A DNA stretch of 64,000 nt from IMGVR_UViG_3300011113_000640:124001-188000; one strand, 5' to 3'; counted from the first letter of the stretch, positions 29,270-39,540 are shown. Made by a program: numbers and translations. Notes: a model not told the origin generated them from the sequence alone.

Positions 29270-30007
29270 TTACCATGCACGACACGACCAATATCGCGCC
29301 TTGGTCTTTGGTCCCGGGTTGTCACAGTTGTGTCTTGCTCTAAAACTCTTTCTACGAGCCGGATTGGATTTTTTGATCTTCATGGTCTTTTGACCCAATC
29401 TCTTGGCAGTATTTCCTCCATGACCAAAGTTCACTTTCTTTACATTGCCGGTCTTGGGATCTTTCACATACACTTTTGATTTTTTCACATCGCCAGCCAT
29501 GGGTTTGTTGAGAGTGACTTCACGGCCTTGATACTTGGCTTCATCAGTGGCCAAGCGTTGTGCGGCATCAATAGCGGCTTCTTTGCCTGCTACCACAGCA
29601 GCATCTTGATCGTCTTTCAACTGCTCTGTCTCGCCAGTGGCTGTACGCCAAAAGTCTTCGATCCAGTCTTCATCACCATAGCGATCTTTGAACTCTTCCA
29701 GGCTCATGCGTAGTGCAGCCGTATACATTTCTTTTTTCATGGCGCCTTCGCCTACCAAGGTGCCATAGCCCATGGTCTCCATGACTATGTTGCTGTCACC
29801 CTCGTCGGTGTCTTCCAAGGTAGCCCATTCAGCCAGGGCTGCATTGATCTCGGGCGTACTATCTAACAGTATGCAATCGTCTGCTACTTCAATGATGTAA
29901 GTTTCACAAACAACTTCATCAGGAAGTTCAAAGGCAAAGATGTCACCTGCTGCAGGTGTGTTCATCCACTGTTCACTTTCCGCGAGATAGTCTTTTAGCG
30001 ATTTCAT
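29270..30007 (-). CDS. Putative head-internal protein with basic C-terminal domain
   Basis: MKSLKDYLAE N-terminus; acidic middle; C-terminal RRKSFRARHNC...KARYWSCRAW. Confidence 0.6.
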   Translation of the reverse strand: MKSLKDYLAESEQWMNTPAAGDIFAFELPDEVVCETYIIEVADDCILLDSTPEINAALAEWATLEDTDEGDSNIVMETMGYGTLVGEGAMKKEMYTAALRMSLEEFKDRYGDEDWIEDFWRTATGETEQLKDDQDAAVVAGKEAAIDAAQRLATDEAKYQGREVTLNKPMAGDVKKSKVYVKDPKTGNVKKVNFGHGGNTAKRLGQKTMKIKKSNPARRKSFRARHNCDNPGPKTKARYWSCRAW

Positions 30008-31899
30008 TGTGCTTTGTAGTTTTGATATAAACGGAACAGGTTGCGCTCAAGTTCCACTGACTCTTCCATTGAAACTTGGCGACGTAATTGGCTTGCAATC
30101 ACAGGAACTGTTGTTTGTCCAGTTGATTTGGGACCATTGAGGCCGCCTGAATACTGCATGGCATTGTCGCTGGTTTCTGTGTTTGTGGGCCAGTCTGGGC
30201 TGTTCTCATCTAATTCTTCACAGCCACAGGGTGCTTTGCCACAGGTGCCACAACTTTCTGCGTTGTCGTGACTGCCCATGCCAGCCATCTTTAACAATGC
30301 GGCCAAGGCTTCGGCATCTTCGCCGTCGGCACTGACAGTGATGTTCTTGGATGGATTACCATCAGGACCAGTGTTCATGTTCACACTTACATTCATGCCT
30401 TCTGTGAGTGCCTGCCGGAACTTTTGGTCCAGGCTTTCATACACACCTTTGCCAAACTGCATGCCACCTTTGGATTTACCACCAGTGGGTGCTGTGGCCA
30501 CTGATCCGGCTACAGTTGTTTCTTCGACTTCGTCTTTCTTCTTGCCTTTGGCTTGTTTTGCTGCTTGTTTCATGGGTTCAGTCTTGTTGCCATCTTTGTC
30601 AAGATCCAGGAAGTCAGGTTTGCCGGCTTCTTTGACTTTCTTTGGCAAACCTTTTTCTTTGGTTGCGGCAAACTTGCGTAGTTCACCCTTGGGCATCCGG
30701 GCCATTTCTTTCGAAGCACCACGCAACTCGCTTTTGGGAATCTCGCCCTTTTGTGCGGCATGTGCTATGCCAGCGGCTCTGCGTTGTGCTTGACTGACGG
30801 CTTTCTCTGCCACAGGTTCCGCATCATTTTTTTGTTGATGCATGTATTGATTGCTGCTGTTGATGTAGTCCAAGGCCTTGGTAATCTTGCTTTGTACCCA
30901 CTCTGGCAGATTTTCGTCGTCACCAAGAATGCTGTGCAGTTCTTTGGCGGCCATGGCCAAACTTTCTAAATCGTCCTTGGCCATTTCGCCTTCGCGGTCG
31001 TATTCACCTTTGTTGATCAAGCTCACACTTTCAATGTCTTCCGAACTCATGTTTGATGGGCGGGTCATCATGACACCATCGGTGTCGAGGTCTTCTTCAG
31101 TCTTCTCTTTTCTAGTGCCTTTGTGCTTCCAGGCACCCTTGGTAGTGCGCTCAGGACCCTTGGCAGGACCTTTTGGACGACCTTTCTTCTTGGGTTGATC
31201 ACTAACTTCTGCGTCGTCTTTTTCTTCAGGTTCTTCTTTTCTTGTGTAACGCTTGCTGTAGCCTGTGTCTTTGACATCATATCTTGGATGCTCGTCTTTG
31301 GTGGCAAACATTGATTTGGCCACTTCAGGATCAAATGCTGTGCCAGCACTGCGAGATTTTTTGGTTTCTTTTTTCTCTTCGATGTTGCTGGTGTCTTTGT
31401 ATTTTTTGCCATCCAGTTCAAACTCGCCACCCCGGGGTGTGCTCTTGAGCTTGGCTGTGAATGCGTTGCCTTCGTCGGCCATTTCTTCGTCCATCTTATC
31501 ATGCTTGGCACGTATTTTGGCCATGGTCTCTTTGCTGGCACCTTCACGACCGGCCTTCTGCAGGGCCTTCATGCCAGTCTCGCCGTATTTTTTCTTGCCC
31601 AGGTATGCTTGCAATGCACTCTCATCCATGTCGCCAGCACTTTCCTTGGCACGCAGTTTGGCCAACACAGCGCCGGCCACTTTCTCACCGCGCTCTTTGC
31701 TGCCATAACGCTCACCTGCACTCTTGGCAATCTTGGAGAACATCTTGCCAGGCTTGCCAATGTCTTTGCCCGCACGAGCCTTCTTGGCTGAATAGTCTCT
31801 AGTGCTGGCTTCGGCCACAGCTGATTGAGCGCTCTCATTGAGGTCTTGTTTCTTGGCCAAGTCAGCCAACTTCTTGTTTAGGTCGTAAAAAAATGTCAT
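30004..31899 (-). CDS. Modular Lys/Glu-rich putative head-internal polyprotein (contains DUF3008-like and DxDxDG modules)
   Basis: Basic modules separated by hydrophobic-x-E sites; KAVSQAQRRAAG...KGLPKKV resembles DUF3008; also DLDKDGN. Confidence 0.55.
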   Translation of the reverse strand: MTFFYDLNKKLADLAKKQDLNESAQSAVAEASTRDYSAKKARAGKDIGKPGKMFSKIAKSAGERYGSKERGEKVAGAVLAKLRAKESAGDMDESALQAYLGKKKYGETGMKALQKAGREGASKETMAKIRAKHDKMDEEMADEGNAFTAKLKSTPRGGEFELDGKKYKDTSNIEEKKETKKSRSAGTAFDPEVAKSMFATKDEHPRYDVKDTGYSKRYTRKEEPEEKDDAEVSDQPKKKGRPKGPAKGPERTTKGAWKHKGTRKEKTEEDLDTDGVMMTRPSNMSSEDIESVSLINKGEYDREGEMAKDDLESLAMAAKELHSILGDDENLPEWVQSKITKALDYINSSNQYMHQQKNDAEPVAEKAVSQAQRRAAGIAHAAQKGEIPKSELRGASKEMARMPKGELRKFAATKEKGLPKKVKEAGKPDFLDLDKDGNKTEPMKQAAKQAKGKKKDEVEETTVAGSVATAPTGGKSKGGMQFGKGVYESLDQKFRQALTEGMNVSVNMNTGPDGNPSKNITVSADGEDAEALAALLKMAGMGSHDNAESCGTCGKAPCGCEELDENSPDWPTNTETSDNAMQYSGGLNGPKSTGQTTVPVIASQLRRQVSMEESVELERNLFRLYQNYKAQ

Positions 31900-31903
31900 G
31901 CTG

Positions 31904-32512
31904 TTATCCTCTTGGGTTGGCGCCGGTGGCTGGGCGTGGTGGTCGCTTGACCTTGGTCATAGGGCTTGAAGTGCCCATGGGTAAATCATTTGTGGTCTTG
32001 GCTGGTGGTGTCTTGCCTCCAGCTACAGTGAAATCACTGCGATAAGCATTATTCAATACTCCATGCTCACCGTAGGGTGCTGAATAATCTTTGCTGAGTG
32101 CTTTCTGCTCTGCGTCAGGAGCAGGATAGTCTGTGTCTGTGAGCAAGTCTTTGTTTTGATCCGCGATCTTTTCACGCTCGACGTCCATGCTGTCTTCGTG
32201 TGGTGTGGTCAACATGATGATTCTATTGGGATCCAAGAACAACAACTGTGCGATCTGTTTGATCTGTGGTTCAATGGCTGGATAGCGGAATTCACAATCC
32301 ATACTGGTCACTGAGTCATTGCTGTGCTTGGGGAAGTCAGCGGGCTTGAGTTGCACTGGCGTGGTTTTTGGCGAACCAATTTTCACAGGATCAAACTGTT
32401 TGAGTTTTTCAGTCAGCATCTTGACAAAGTCAGGAGCAACGTCACCCACGATTTTGATCCTATAGCGGTAGGTTCTTTCGCTTTCGGCCAGGTATTCTTG
32501 AAATTTTTTCAT
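31904..32512 (-). CDS. Putative head-internal protein
   Basis: N-terminus MKKFQEYLAE resembles the T4 capsid targeting sequence; TAAATA at 32531-32536. Confidence 0.6.
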   Translation of the reverse strand: MKKFQEYLAESERTYRYRIKIVGDVAPDFVKMLTEKLKQFDPVKIGSPKTTPVQLKPADFPKHSNDSVTSMDCEFRYPAIEPQIKQIAQLLFLDPNRIIMLTTPHEDSMDVEREKIADQNKDLLTDTDYPAPDAEQKALSKDYSAPYGEHGVLNNAYRSDFTVAGGKTPPAKTTNDLPMGTSSPMTKVKRPPRPATGANPRG

Positions 32513-32533
32513 ATTTGTATCCCTATATGATAT

Positions 32534-33031
32534 TTATGCTTTTGTATCTTTTTGGTCTCTAGAGGCCATTAGACGCTCTAGCAAATCGTTGCGACTCAAG
32601 ATCTGCCCGTGTGCTGTTTCCACTGCTTCATCTCCGGTCTTGCTGGCACGATCCTGATCCATTTTGAGCTTTTTCAGTTGCAGATCAACCATTTTGAGTT
32701 TTTTGTTTAGCTTGGCCGTTTTGGCTGTGAGCGCATGGCCCAGCATGGTGCCAGCCACTGCAAATATTTCAGCACTGTATCTGCTGTCAACTTGCATGCC
32801 CAAGTCCATGAGATCATCAAAGGTTTCCTGGGCTTTGGCAGCCAGGGCATCCATTTCAGTGTCTGACGCATCCAGGCCTCGCACAGCCGGCAGGGCTTGG
32901 TCGATCTTGTCTATGGTAGCGTCGATTTCTTTGAGTGCGATTTGTGTGGTAGGAATAGATTCGGGTTCGGTGGTTTCGCTGTTGCAACCACTGGGCGGCA
33001 AATCAAAAAGTTCTTCCAGTTTTCGGGTCAT
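32534..33031 (-). CDS. Probable terminase small subunit (gp16-like)
   Basis: Helical pattern LMDLGMQVDSRYSAEIFAVAGTML...DLQLKKLK...SRNDLL recalls T4-like gp16. Confidence 0.5.
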   Translation of the reverse strand: MTRKLEELFDLPPSGCNSETTEPESIPTTQIALKEIDATIDKIDQALPAVRGLDASDTEMDALAAKAQETFDDLMDLGMQVDSRYSAEIFAVAGTMLGHALTAKTAKLNKKLKMVDLQLKKLKMDQDRASKTGDEAVETAHGQILSRNDLLERLMASRDQKDTKA

Positions 33032-33034
33032 GAC

Positions 33035-33478
33035 CTATTTACCGGTTTTTTTGCTGCCTTGATGGAATATTTGGTCTTCGTTTATGACTCGGAATGTGAG
33101 TCCGTTGCGACGTGCCCATTTGGTTGCAGAGTCCCACTTGGCGTAGTTCACTGCCACAATAGCACGGTCTCGGTCGGTCATTTTACTTTCAATTAGACTT
33201 TGTTTTTTGGGCTTGATTTCGATCAATTCAGCACGTGTGGTATTGTCACGTCCACGGTAAGTCACAAAAAAATCTGGCACATACATGCTCTGCTTGCCAG
33301 TGATGGGATTTCTATAAGGTATGCTAATGCTTTCACTGGCCCATTGCACAATGTTGTCATTGCTGTCAAGAAACATCATGAAAGTTAGCTCCCAGCCCGA
33401 TCTGTATCTGGGTGTGCCTTTGCCCACATATTTGGCGGGATTTTTACAGGTGTAGATGCCTTGGCGAAAATTTGGCAT
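33035..33478 (-). CDS. Head completion nuclease (T4 gp4-like, TnsA-type fold)
   Basis: YRSGWE, WASE, YVPDF and EIKP motifs. Confidence 0.85.
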   Translation of the reverse strand: MPNFRQGIYTCKNPAKYVGKGTPRYRSGWELTFMMFLDSNDNIVQWASESISIPYRNPITGKQSMYVPDFFVTYRGRDNTTRAELIEIKPKKQSLIESKMTDRDRAIVAVNYAKWDSATKWARRNGLTFRVINEDQIFHQGSKKTGK

Positions 33479-33481
33479 TAC

Positions 33482-33841
33482 TCAAGTCCTGATGTTGTGT
33501 GCCACGTAGTAGTTGGGTTGTGTGGGCACATTGATGCCCAGCAAGGTGCTGGAGCTGTTGAGGCCATTGAGATAGTAGGCCAAGGTCAGGCTCAGTTGTG
33601 GTGCCGACTGGCCTTGCAGTTGTTGTAGCAAGGTCATCACAGGAGTGCCGCTGACTCGGCTGATGCGGAACAGTGCCACAGTGAAGTTGTTGGCCGATTC
33701 GGTGTTTTGGAACACAGAAAGAAAGTAACTGTGCACCGAGTCATACTGATCCACCGGAACTTGTTCTTGATAGCCATAGAATCTGTCAAAGATCTGGACT
33801 GTGGTATCGTTTCTAGGATTGTAGTTGTTGACTGAGGCCAT
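33482..33841 (-). CDS. Hypothetical protein
   Basis: 119-aa ORF in the tail operon. Confidence 0.65.
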   Translation of the reverse strand: MASVNNYNPRNDTTVQIFDRFYGYQEQVPVDQYDSVHSYFLSVFQNTESANNFTVALFRISRVSGTPVMTLLQQLQGQSAPQLSLTLAYYLNGLNSSSTLLGINVPTQPNYYVAHNIRT

Positions 33842-33843
33842 GT

Positions 33844-35052
33844 TTAACCTCCACTGATCTGTTGTGCTGATTTAACACCAGCACTGATGCCAAACGGTGT
33901 GGGGAACAGTTGTCCTCCAGGACCATTGACCACTTGGCCTATGCTTGTAGGTATGCCGATACCAGCTGCTATGCCTATGCCTGAAGCTATGACACCGCCC
34001 AGTGCACCAGAACCTGCCAAGGCACTGTTGAGGAATCCGGCCGCGGTAGGTACCAGGGCCTGTCCTACTGCACCTATCACGTTCTGTAGCGTGTTCTGAC
34101 CTGTAGACAGGGCCTGCAGGTCCTGTTTGGAACCATTAGGACTGAATCGTATGGATCCTTGACTTTCTACCTCGGCGGTGCTGCCAGGTTTAGCAATTGG
34201 ACTACGAGTAGTGTCATAGTGTGCAGGATCAGCAAATCCAGTTACCGATCCGCTGGGTTGTGCGCCACCGATGGCACCCGAATAGTATTTTACCGCTTCA
34301 TAGCGTATGCTCATGGTGTGTTGCATAATGCCGTTGCCTTGGCTGTAGTCATAGGTGTCATGTTGCCACTCGGTAATCAAAGGATTGATCATGGTATACT
34401 GTGCATAGGTCTTTTGGCTCATGCCATATATGGTGATGTCATTGAAAAACGGTTGCACTGTGCTGGCCGCGCCGTTTAATAGACTGTTGCTGAGACTCTG
34501 CAGACTGGGATTGTTGTAACCTTGGCCACTGAGACCCCAGTGTTGCACTGGTCGGCTGGCTGCATAGGTATCATTGCTGGTGTAACTGAATCCAGTAAAC
34601 AAGTTGTTGATCTGTCCCAGAGATCCAGCTTGATTGGGTGTGTTGCCGTACTTGTAGGTAGGATCGCTATAGTAGTATTGAAAATACTGATACCACATGT
34701 TGCGTATGAGATCACTGTCATCATCATGCAACACTATCTGTGCAGGATTGTAATTGATCTTGGTCTGTACCAGACGTTTGCGATTGTACTGATTCATGGT
34801 GGCCACATCAATCTGATAGCCTGGTAACTGTGCCGATTTGGCCATGAGTCCGATAACACTGCTTTTACCACCCGATATCAAATTGGCCACAGCAGGAATA
34901 CTGGTGTTTAGGTTGAAATAAACATAGTAAAGGAACTTGTTGCGTGGGAGATACTGATAGCTACCGCCATCGGAACCAAAGGTCTTGGCAGCATGAGTGT
35001 AATCTCTCAGGCCTTTGCCTGGGGGAAACGGTTGAAGATTATCATTGTCCAT
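33844..35052 (-). CDS. Tail tube-like / baseplate-tube junction protein
   Basis: KSAQLP...NQYNRKR...HDD...NPLITEWQHD tube-fold pattern; follows the tail tube gene. Confidence 0.6.
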   Translation of the reverse strand: MDNDNLQPFPPGKGLRDYTHAAKTFGSDGGSYQYLPRNKFLYYVYFNLNTSIPAVANLISGGKSSVIGLMAKSAQLPGYQIDVATMNQYNRKRLVQTKINYNPAQIVLHDDDSDLIRNMWYQYFQYYYSDPTYKYGNTPNQAGSLGQINNLFTGFSYTSNDTYAASRPVQHWGLSGQGYNNPSLQSLSNSLLNGAASTVQPFFNDITIYGMSQKTYAQYTMINPLITEWQHDTYDYSQGNGIMQHTMSIRYEAVKYYSGAIGGAQPSGSVTGFADPAHYDTTRSPIAKPGSTAEVESQGSIRFSPNGSKQDLQALSTGQNTLQNVIGAVGQALVPTAAGFLNSALAGSGALGGVIASGIGIAAGIGIPTSIGQVVNGPGGQLFPTPFGISAGVKSAQQISGG

Positions 35053-35065
35053 AGGCTATTCTAGC

Positions 35066-35689
35066 CTACGCTGGATTGGCTACACCTGTGGCAGTACCTT
35101 GCTTCGGATCAGTGCTTATAATCTGATTGGCATTGTCAAATCTAATGGTCATGGTCACTGTCATAGGTTCGTTGGTACCATAGTTACCATCATTGTAGTT
35201 GACAGCTTGCAAGTAGCAACCATAGATTTCCCAGGTTTCAAGCGCAACGGGTTTAACTCCGTTGTTGCCATCTAGTACCTGGAACTTGGTCAAGAATTTG
35301 TAGTCGATACCAGCGGCTGCTGAACTTTGCTCAACAAAGTCAATTTGTTTTTGCAGTTGTTGTCCAACTAATCTGGAGATATTGCCAGCAGCATCATCAC
35401 GAATATTGCAGGTGAGATCTTGCCAGACATGCTTGCCAGCAATTTTAACCGTGCTGTTGTACACAGGCAGGTCGATGTTTTCAAAAGTAACATTAGGACG
35501 TGTGAAGTCTATTACCTGTCGTGTCAACTCTAGAGTTTCACTAGAACCGCTGGTTCCAAAATTTTCAAAGTAAACTCTGAAACGATACTTCAGTTTGGGC
35601 ATCAACAGGGTTTGATTGGAGGCACTCTGGTCGGTGCCAAAAATACCCCCGGTGTTAACTGACATTTTTTGTAGCGATGATGTTGGCAT
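35066..35689 (-). CDS. Tail tube protein (gp19-like)
   Basis: YRFRV...RPNV...AGKHVW...TMTIRFD; immediately downstream of the sheath gene. Confidence 0.8.
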   Translation of the reverse strand: MPTSSLQKMSVNTGGIFGTDQSASNQTLLMPKLKYRFRVYFENFGTSGSSETLELTRQVIDFTRPNVTFENIDLPVYNSTVKIAGKHVWQDLTCNIRDDAAGNISRLVGQQLQKQIDFVEQSSAAAGIDYKFLTKFQVLDGNNGVKPVALETWEIYGCYLQAVNYNDGNYGTNEPMTVTMTIRFDNANQIISTDPKQGTATGVANPA

Positions 35690-35736
35690 GGTTATGTTCC
35701 TGTTTTGATTTATTTATGTACCAAATCTACCCTTGA

Positions 35737-38700
35737 TTAGGCTGTTGCCTGGGCTTGTATGGTTCCTGTGTTCTGTATACGCATTGGTATATAGATAAAC
35801 TCTACAGCCTTGACAGGTTCAATAGCGATATCCACATATAGTTCGTTGGCGTCTATAGTAGCTGGTGTGTTGTTTGTTGCATCACAAATCACCAAATAGT
35901 CATACAGGGCACGCTTGCCTACCAAGTCAACCATGAGTGAGGTAATCTGGTTGGCTATGCTTGAACGAGTAATAGTGTCATTGGGCTCGAACAAGTACTG
36001 GTTACCAATGATTTCTAAACGTCCACGCAAGTATGCTACCAAGCGTGCCACATTGATACGATCCAAGGCAGTTGCGTTTCCTTGCAAGGTATGGTTACCA
36101 AAGTTGGTGATGCCTGTGCCAGGTATAAACGTGATTGGATTGATGTCGTTCTGATACAGCACATCACGCAGGCCTTGATTCACACCCAGGGGTTGGAATT
36201 CGCCAGTTTGTCCAACTAGATAACCAATCTGTAGTGCATTGTCTACTACCCCGCGGCGTAGGCCAGCTGGTGCAAACCATGGATAAGCCACGGCGTCGTT
36301 GCGGATTATGGTGCGCAACATCATGTGACTAGGTGCTGTGACCACAACGTTGCCAGTGAGGTCTGTGGTGGTACAACTTGGATAGAAAGCAGCCGAGTAG
36401 GCATCACCTTGTGCCAAATTGCCTTCACTGAACACAGTATTGGATGAAACAACGCCAAAGTCTGAGTAGATGTTGGAGGCTGTGGCCCAGTTCACAATGT
36501 TTTCAGGATCCAGACGCAACGGTGTGTCTACTATGGTAAATCCGGTATCGCCGCGGTCGTTGTTGAGCACAACCATGTTGGGGGCCAGTTCTGGATAGCT
36601 GGTACAAGCCAGCAAGTTGAACTGTGCCTGCTGTTCACGCAAGGTTGTGCTGGTATCTATGGCTGCACGCAAGGCCTTGACTATCAAGAAACGTTGTGCC
36701 TTGCGACCCATGTTGGGGCTGCCGTCAGCATTGTTGGCACTGGCTGTGAGCCAGGTATTGGTTTGGCTAGGCAATACCTCATTTGGAAAGTTTGTGGCAT
36801 TGAAATAGTTGGCCTGGAAGCTCTTAACGTTGAAGCCACTACGACGTGTGTTCCATAACAGCATGCCTTCTGGATACAACAAGGGATTTGGAGCATCAAG
36901 ATCTGTGTAGTCGCTCAGTATCAGCGGATCACTACCAGTGGCAATGGGTGGTATGGGATCTGTTACAGGATTTGTGGTTCCGTTGGGAGCCCAGCGTGCA
37001 TCTGCAAACAAGATGCCATTGATGGTGGTTTGATCAGTGTTGTCTACAGCCACCCATTGGTCTTCGCTATCCACACTCTGCCAGCGATAAATCTTGGGAT
37101 AGTTTTCTAAATCACTGGTATCAATCCATAAGTCACCTTCAACCAAAGGACTTTCAGCTGAATCAGTCTGTGTGGTAGGTGCTGTGGCACTGAATATAGG
37201 ACCATCAGCGTTGGTAAGGCTGAGGTTGTACCCACGCACATCGCTGTTTACCATTTGATAGCCCATCCAGGCACCGTTGTTTTGTATCATGATGTCAGCT
37301 GTGGTAGCATCACTGTAGTACCAGTAGGTTCCAGTGGCAGGATTCAGACTAGGTGCACTAGCACTGGCTGTGTAGGTAAATGTTGGAGAGCCCACCCAGT
37401 TGCTGAGAATCAAACCAGTGGCCACGCCATCGACATAGTTGCTTCTAATTCCCGTTACTGTAATATTAAATCCAGCATCTGCCAAAGGACCGTTGGTACC
37501 ATCTACTAGATAGATATCTCCACCGGTGGAGTGTGTGAAAACTATGGCACCCGAGCTATTGATTTCTGCGCTGACCGGTGCACCCAAGCCAACTGCGGCG
37601 CTGACTGCACTGATAAAGTCTGCTGCTGTGGTGCCGGTAATTGTTGCAGTTGCTGGAGTGGTTACAGTTGCAGTTCCTGCTTGGGTATAGGCAATAGTAA
37701 ATGTGGAACTGGCCACAAATGTAGGATTGGTTTGGTTGCCTGTGATTATGGTGTCACCAGTGGCCAAACGCGAAAGAACCAAAAAGCTCGAAGTCAGGCT
37801 GTCCAAGGGATTTATTTGAGCATAGGTTGAGCCCGCCGCAAGATTTTGACCGCCACTTGACGGATCTAGACCATACAACGCTGCCGCATCTGAATCATAT
37901 ACCGGGCAGGTTTGTAAAACAAAAGTCCCTAAGGTGCTGTCATATCTTTTGATCTGGATCAGCATGCCTTGATTTACTGCATTGGTCTGCTGGAAAACGC
38001 TGCCGGTTGGAGCACCACCGCCCACAGGACTTGGTGTGGAACTTGTAGTTCTCCAGTTTGGAACAGCGTAGTTGGCTCCGTAGGCATAAATTGGAGCACT
38101 GTAGGTTTTGCCTGTGATGCCTAAGGTTGCCAACGGTGTACCAGTGTAGTTCAATATCTGTACAATTCCATTGCCGTCTTCGGTGCTGCCATCAGATGTG
38201 GCCGAGCTGTCAGCAAACACTTGTAGTTTACCGCCCACATTAGCTGCGTAAACTCCGGTAATAGCCAAAGTATTGATTTGATTGGCCAAGGTGGTCACGG
38301 TATTGTATGTCGACGTAGATATAATCACGCCGTTGATTTCAATGCTGCCCGCACCAATCGTGGTAGGTGCCAAGGTCCCTGCCACTGTGGGCCAGGCTGT
38401 TTTCCAGTCGTCGCTGCCAACTTGCACCCAGGTATTGAACAACGAACTCAAATAAGTGGAGTTGGTTTGACTGGCTGTGGCGCCTCCACGTTTGTAATAA
38501 GTTGGATTGTACACGTTTGTGGCTACCACTGCGTAGTTGCCTATGCTGCCGTAGCTGTCTAAGGGCACAGTTGTGGATGGTTGTAAATTTGCTGTGTCAG
38601 TAATGACACTGGCTGTTTTTTTGGTAAATGCCGATGTGGCCTGATTCCATTCATTGATACCATAGGTGCTGTTGGTGGTATCAAACCAGTAAGTGTTGTT

Positions 38701-39093
38701 TAGTGGAGAACCAGTGGGACGTGTCAGGCTGGCTGTGAGTGCGGCCAGGTCAATGTCGGCACGCATGACATAGGCCAAGCTGCTGGCACCCAAAGCGGAA
38801 TATGCAGCCAACAAACCGTATTCATTGAGCTCATAGCCATTGATAGGTGTTCCTGCTGTGGTGTTGTAAAAGAATGGTACTCCAAACGTGCTCAGCAAGT
38901 CACGTTGGCTGGTCATCAAATAGACCTTGCCAGCATTGGCAGCCAGAGTTCCTGGAGCTATGCCGGTGCCTGCGCCGGAAACTTTGTTTTCTGCTGTGGC
39001 CAGCAAGATAAATGGCACCGAACCAGCAGAAGCTGGTGTGTAGTTGCTTTGGTCAATTACACTGACTTGTACACCTGGGGATAGTAAGGCCAT
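35737..39093 (-). CDS. Tail sheath protein (gp18-like)
   Basis: N-terminal LSPGVQV; C-terminal WFAPAG.RRG, INPI, RINVARL, FEPND and PVKAVEFI. Confidence 0.95.
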   Translation of the reverse strand: MALLSPGVQVSVIDQSNYTPASAGSVPFILLATAENKVSGAGTGIAPGTLAANAGKVYLMTSQRDLLSTFGVPFFYNTTAGTPINGYELNEYGLLAAYSALGASSLAYVMRADIDLAALTASLTRPTGSPLNNTYWFDTTNSTYGINEWNQATSAFTKKTASVITDTANLQPSTTVPLDSYGSIGNYAVVATNVYNPTYYKRGGATASQTNSTYLSSLFNTWVQVGSDDWKTAWPTVAGTLAPTTIGAGSIEINGVIISTSTYNTVTTLANQINTLAITGVYAANVGGKLQVFADSSATSDGSTEDGNGIVQILNYTGTPLATLGITGKTYSAPIYAYGANYAVPNWRTTSSTPSPVGGGAPTGSVFQQTNAVNQGMLIQIKRYDSTLGTFVLQTCPVYDSDAAALYGLDPSSGGQNLAAGSTYAQINPLDSLTSSFLVLSRLATGDTIITGNQTNPTFVASSTFTIAYTQAGTATVTTPATATITGTTAADFISAVSAAVGLGAPVSAEINSSGAIVFTHSTGGDIYLVDGTNGPLADAGFNITVTGIRSNYVDGVATGLILSNWVGSPTFTYTASASAPSLNPATGTYWYYSDATTADIMIQNNGAWMGYQMVNSDVRGYNLSLTNADGPIFSATAPTTQTDSAESPLVEGDLWIDTSDLENYPKIYRWQSVDSEDQWVAVDNTDQTTINGILFADARWAPNGTTNPVTDPIPPIATGSDPLILSDYTDLDAPNPLLYPEGMLLWNTRRSGFNVKSFQANYFNATNFPNEVLPSQTNTWLTASANNADGSPNMGRKAQRFLIVKALRAAIDTSTTLREQQAQFNLLACTSYPELAPNMVVLNNDRGDTGFTIVDTPLRLDPENIVNWATASNIYSDFGVVSSNTVFSEGNLAQGDAYSAAFYPSCTTTDLTGNVVVTAPSHMMLRTIIRNDAVAYPWFAPAGLRRGVVDNALQIGYLVGQTGEFQPLGVNQGLRDVLYQNDINPITFIPGTGITNFGNHTLQGNATALDRINVARLVAYLRGRLEIIGNQYLFEPNDTITRSSIANQITSLMVDLVGKRALYDYLVICDATNNTPATIDANELYVDIAIEPVKAVEFIYIPMRIQNTGTIQAQATA

Positions 39094-39192
39094 AACCGAT
39101 TCCTCTTTGTTTAATAATGATATTTATCGGTTGGATCAAAAAACTACCAGTTAGGAATGCCTTTATAAAGGTCCGTGTTGCTAAATATGCTT

Positions 39193-39540
39193 ATGACCAG
39201 ACCCGTGTGCCCTGACTGCAGGCAAAGACCTCGAGCTGTGTGTTATCACAAGTATGACAGGATTTACTATCGAAGTCGTTGCACACAATGTTTGCGCCGC
39301 TTGCAAGGCAAACCCGTGCCACGGATGCGTTGGCAGTTGGATGGATACAAAAAGAAAACAGTGTGCGATCGTTGTGGGTTTAGAGCCAAGTATTCAGCTC
39401 AATTACAGGTATTCCATATAGACGGAGATCTCAACAACAGCAGTTTGCGTAATTTAAAAACTATATGTCAAAACTGTGCTGTTGAAATCAAGAAATCGGA
39501 GCAACGTTGGGCCCCGGGAGATCTTGAACCAGACCTGTGA
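39193..39540 (+). CDS. Zinc-finger / HNH-like protein
   Basis: CxxC pairs; HIDGDLNN...NL..ICQNC; TAAATA 5 nt upstream. Confidence 0.7.
   Translation: MTRPVCPDCRQRPRAVCYHKYDRIYYRSRCTQCLRRLQGKPVPRMRWQLDGYKKKTVCDRCGFRAKYSAQLQVFHIDGDLNNSSLRNLKTICQNCAVEIKKSEQRWAPGDLEPDL

Noticed and set aside
33035-33478. TnsA-like nuclease as evidence of a Tn7-type transposon
   Set aside because: Context and motifs fit the T4 gp4 head-completion protein; there are no other transposition genes or ends.
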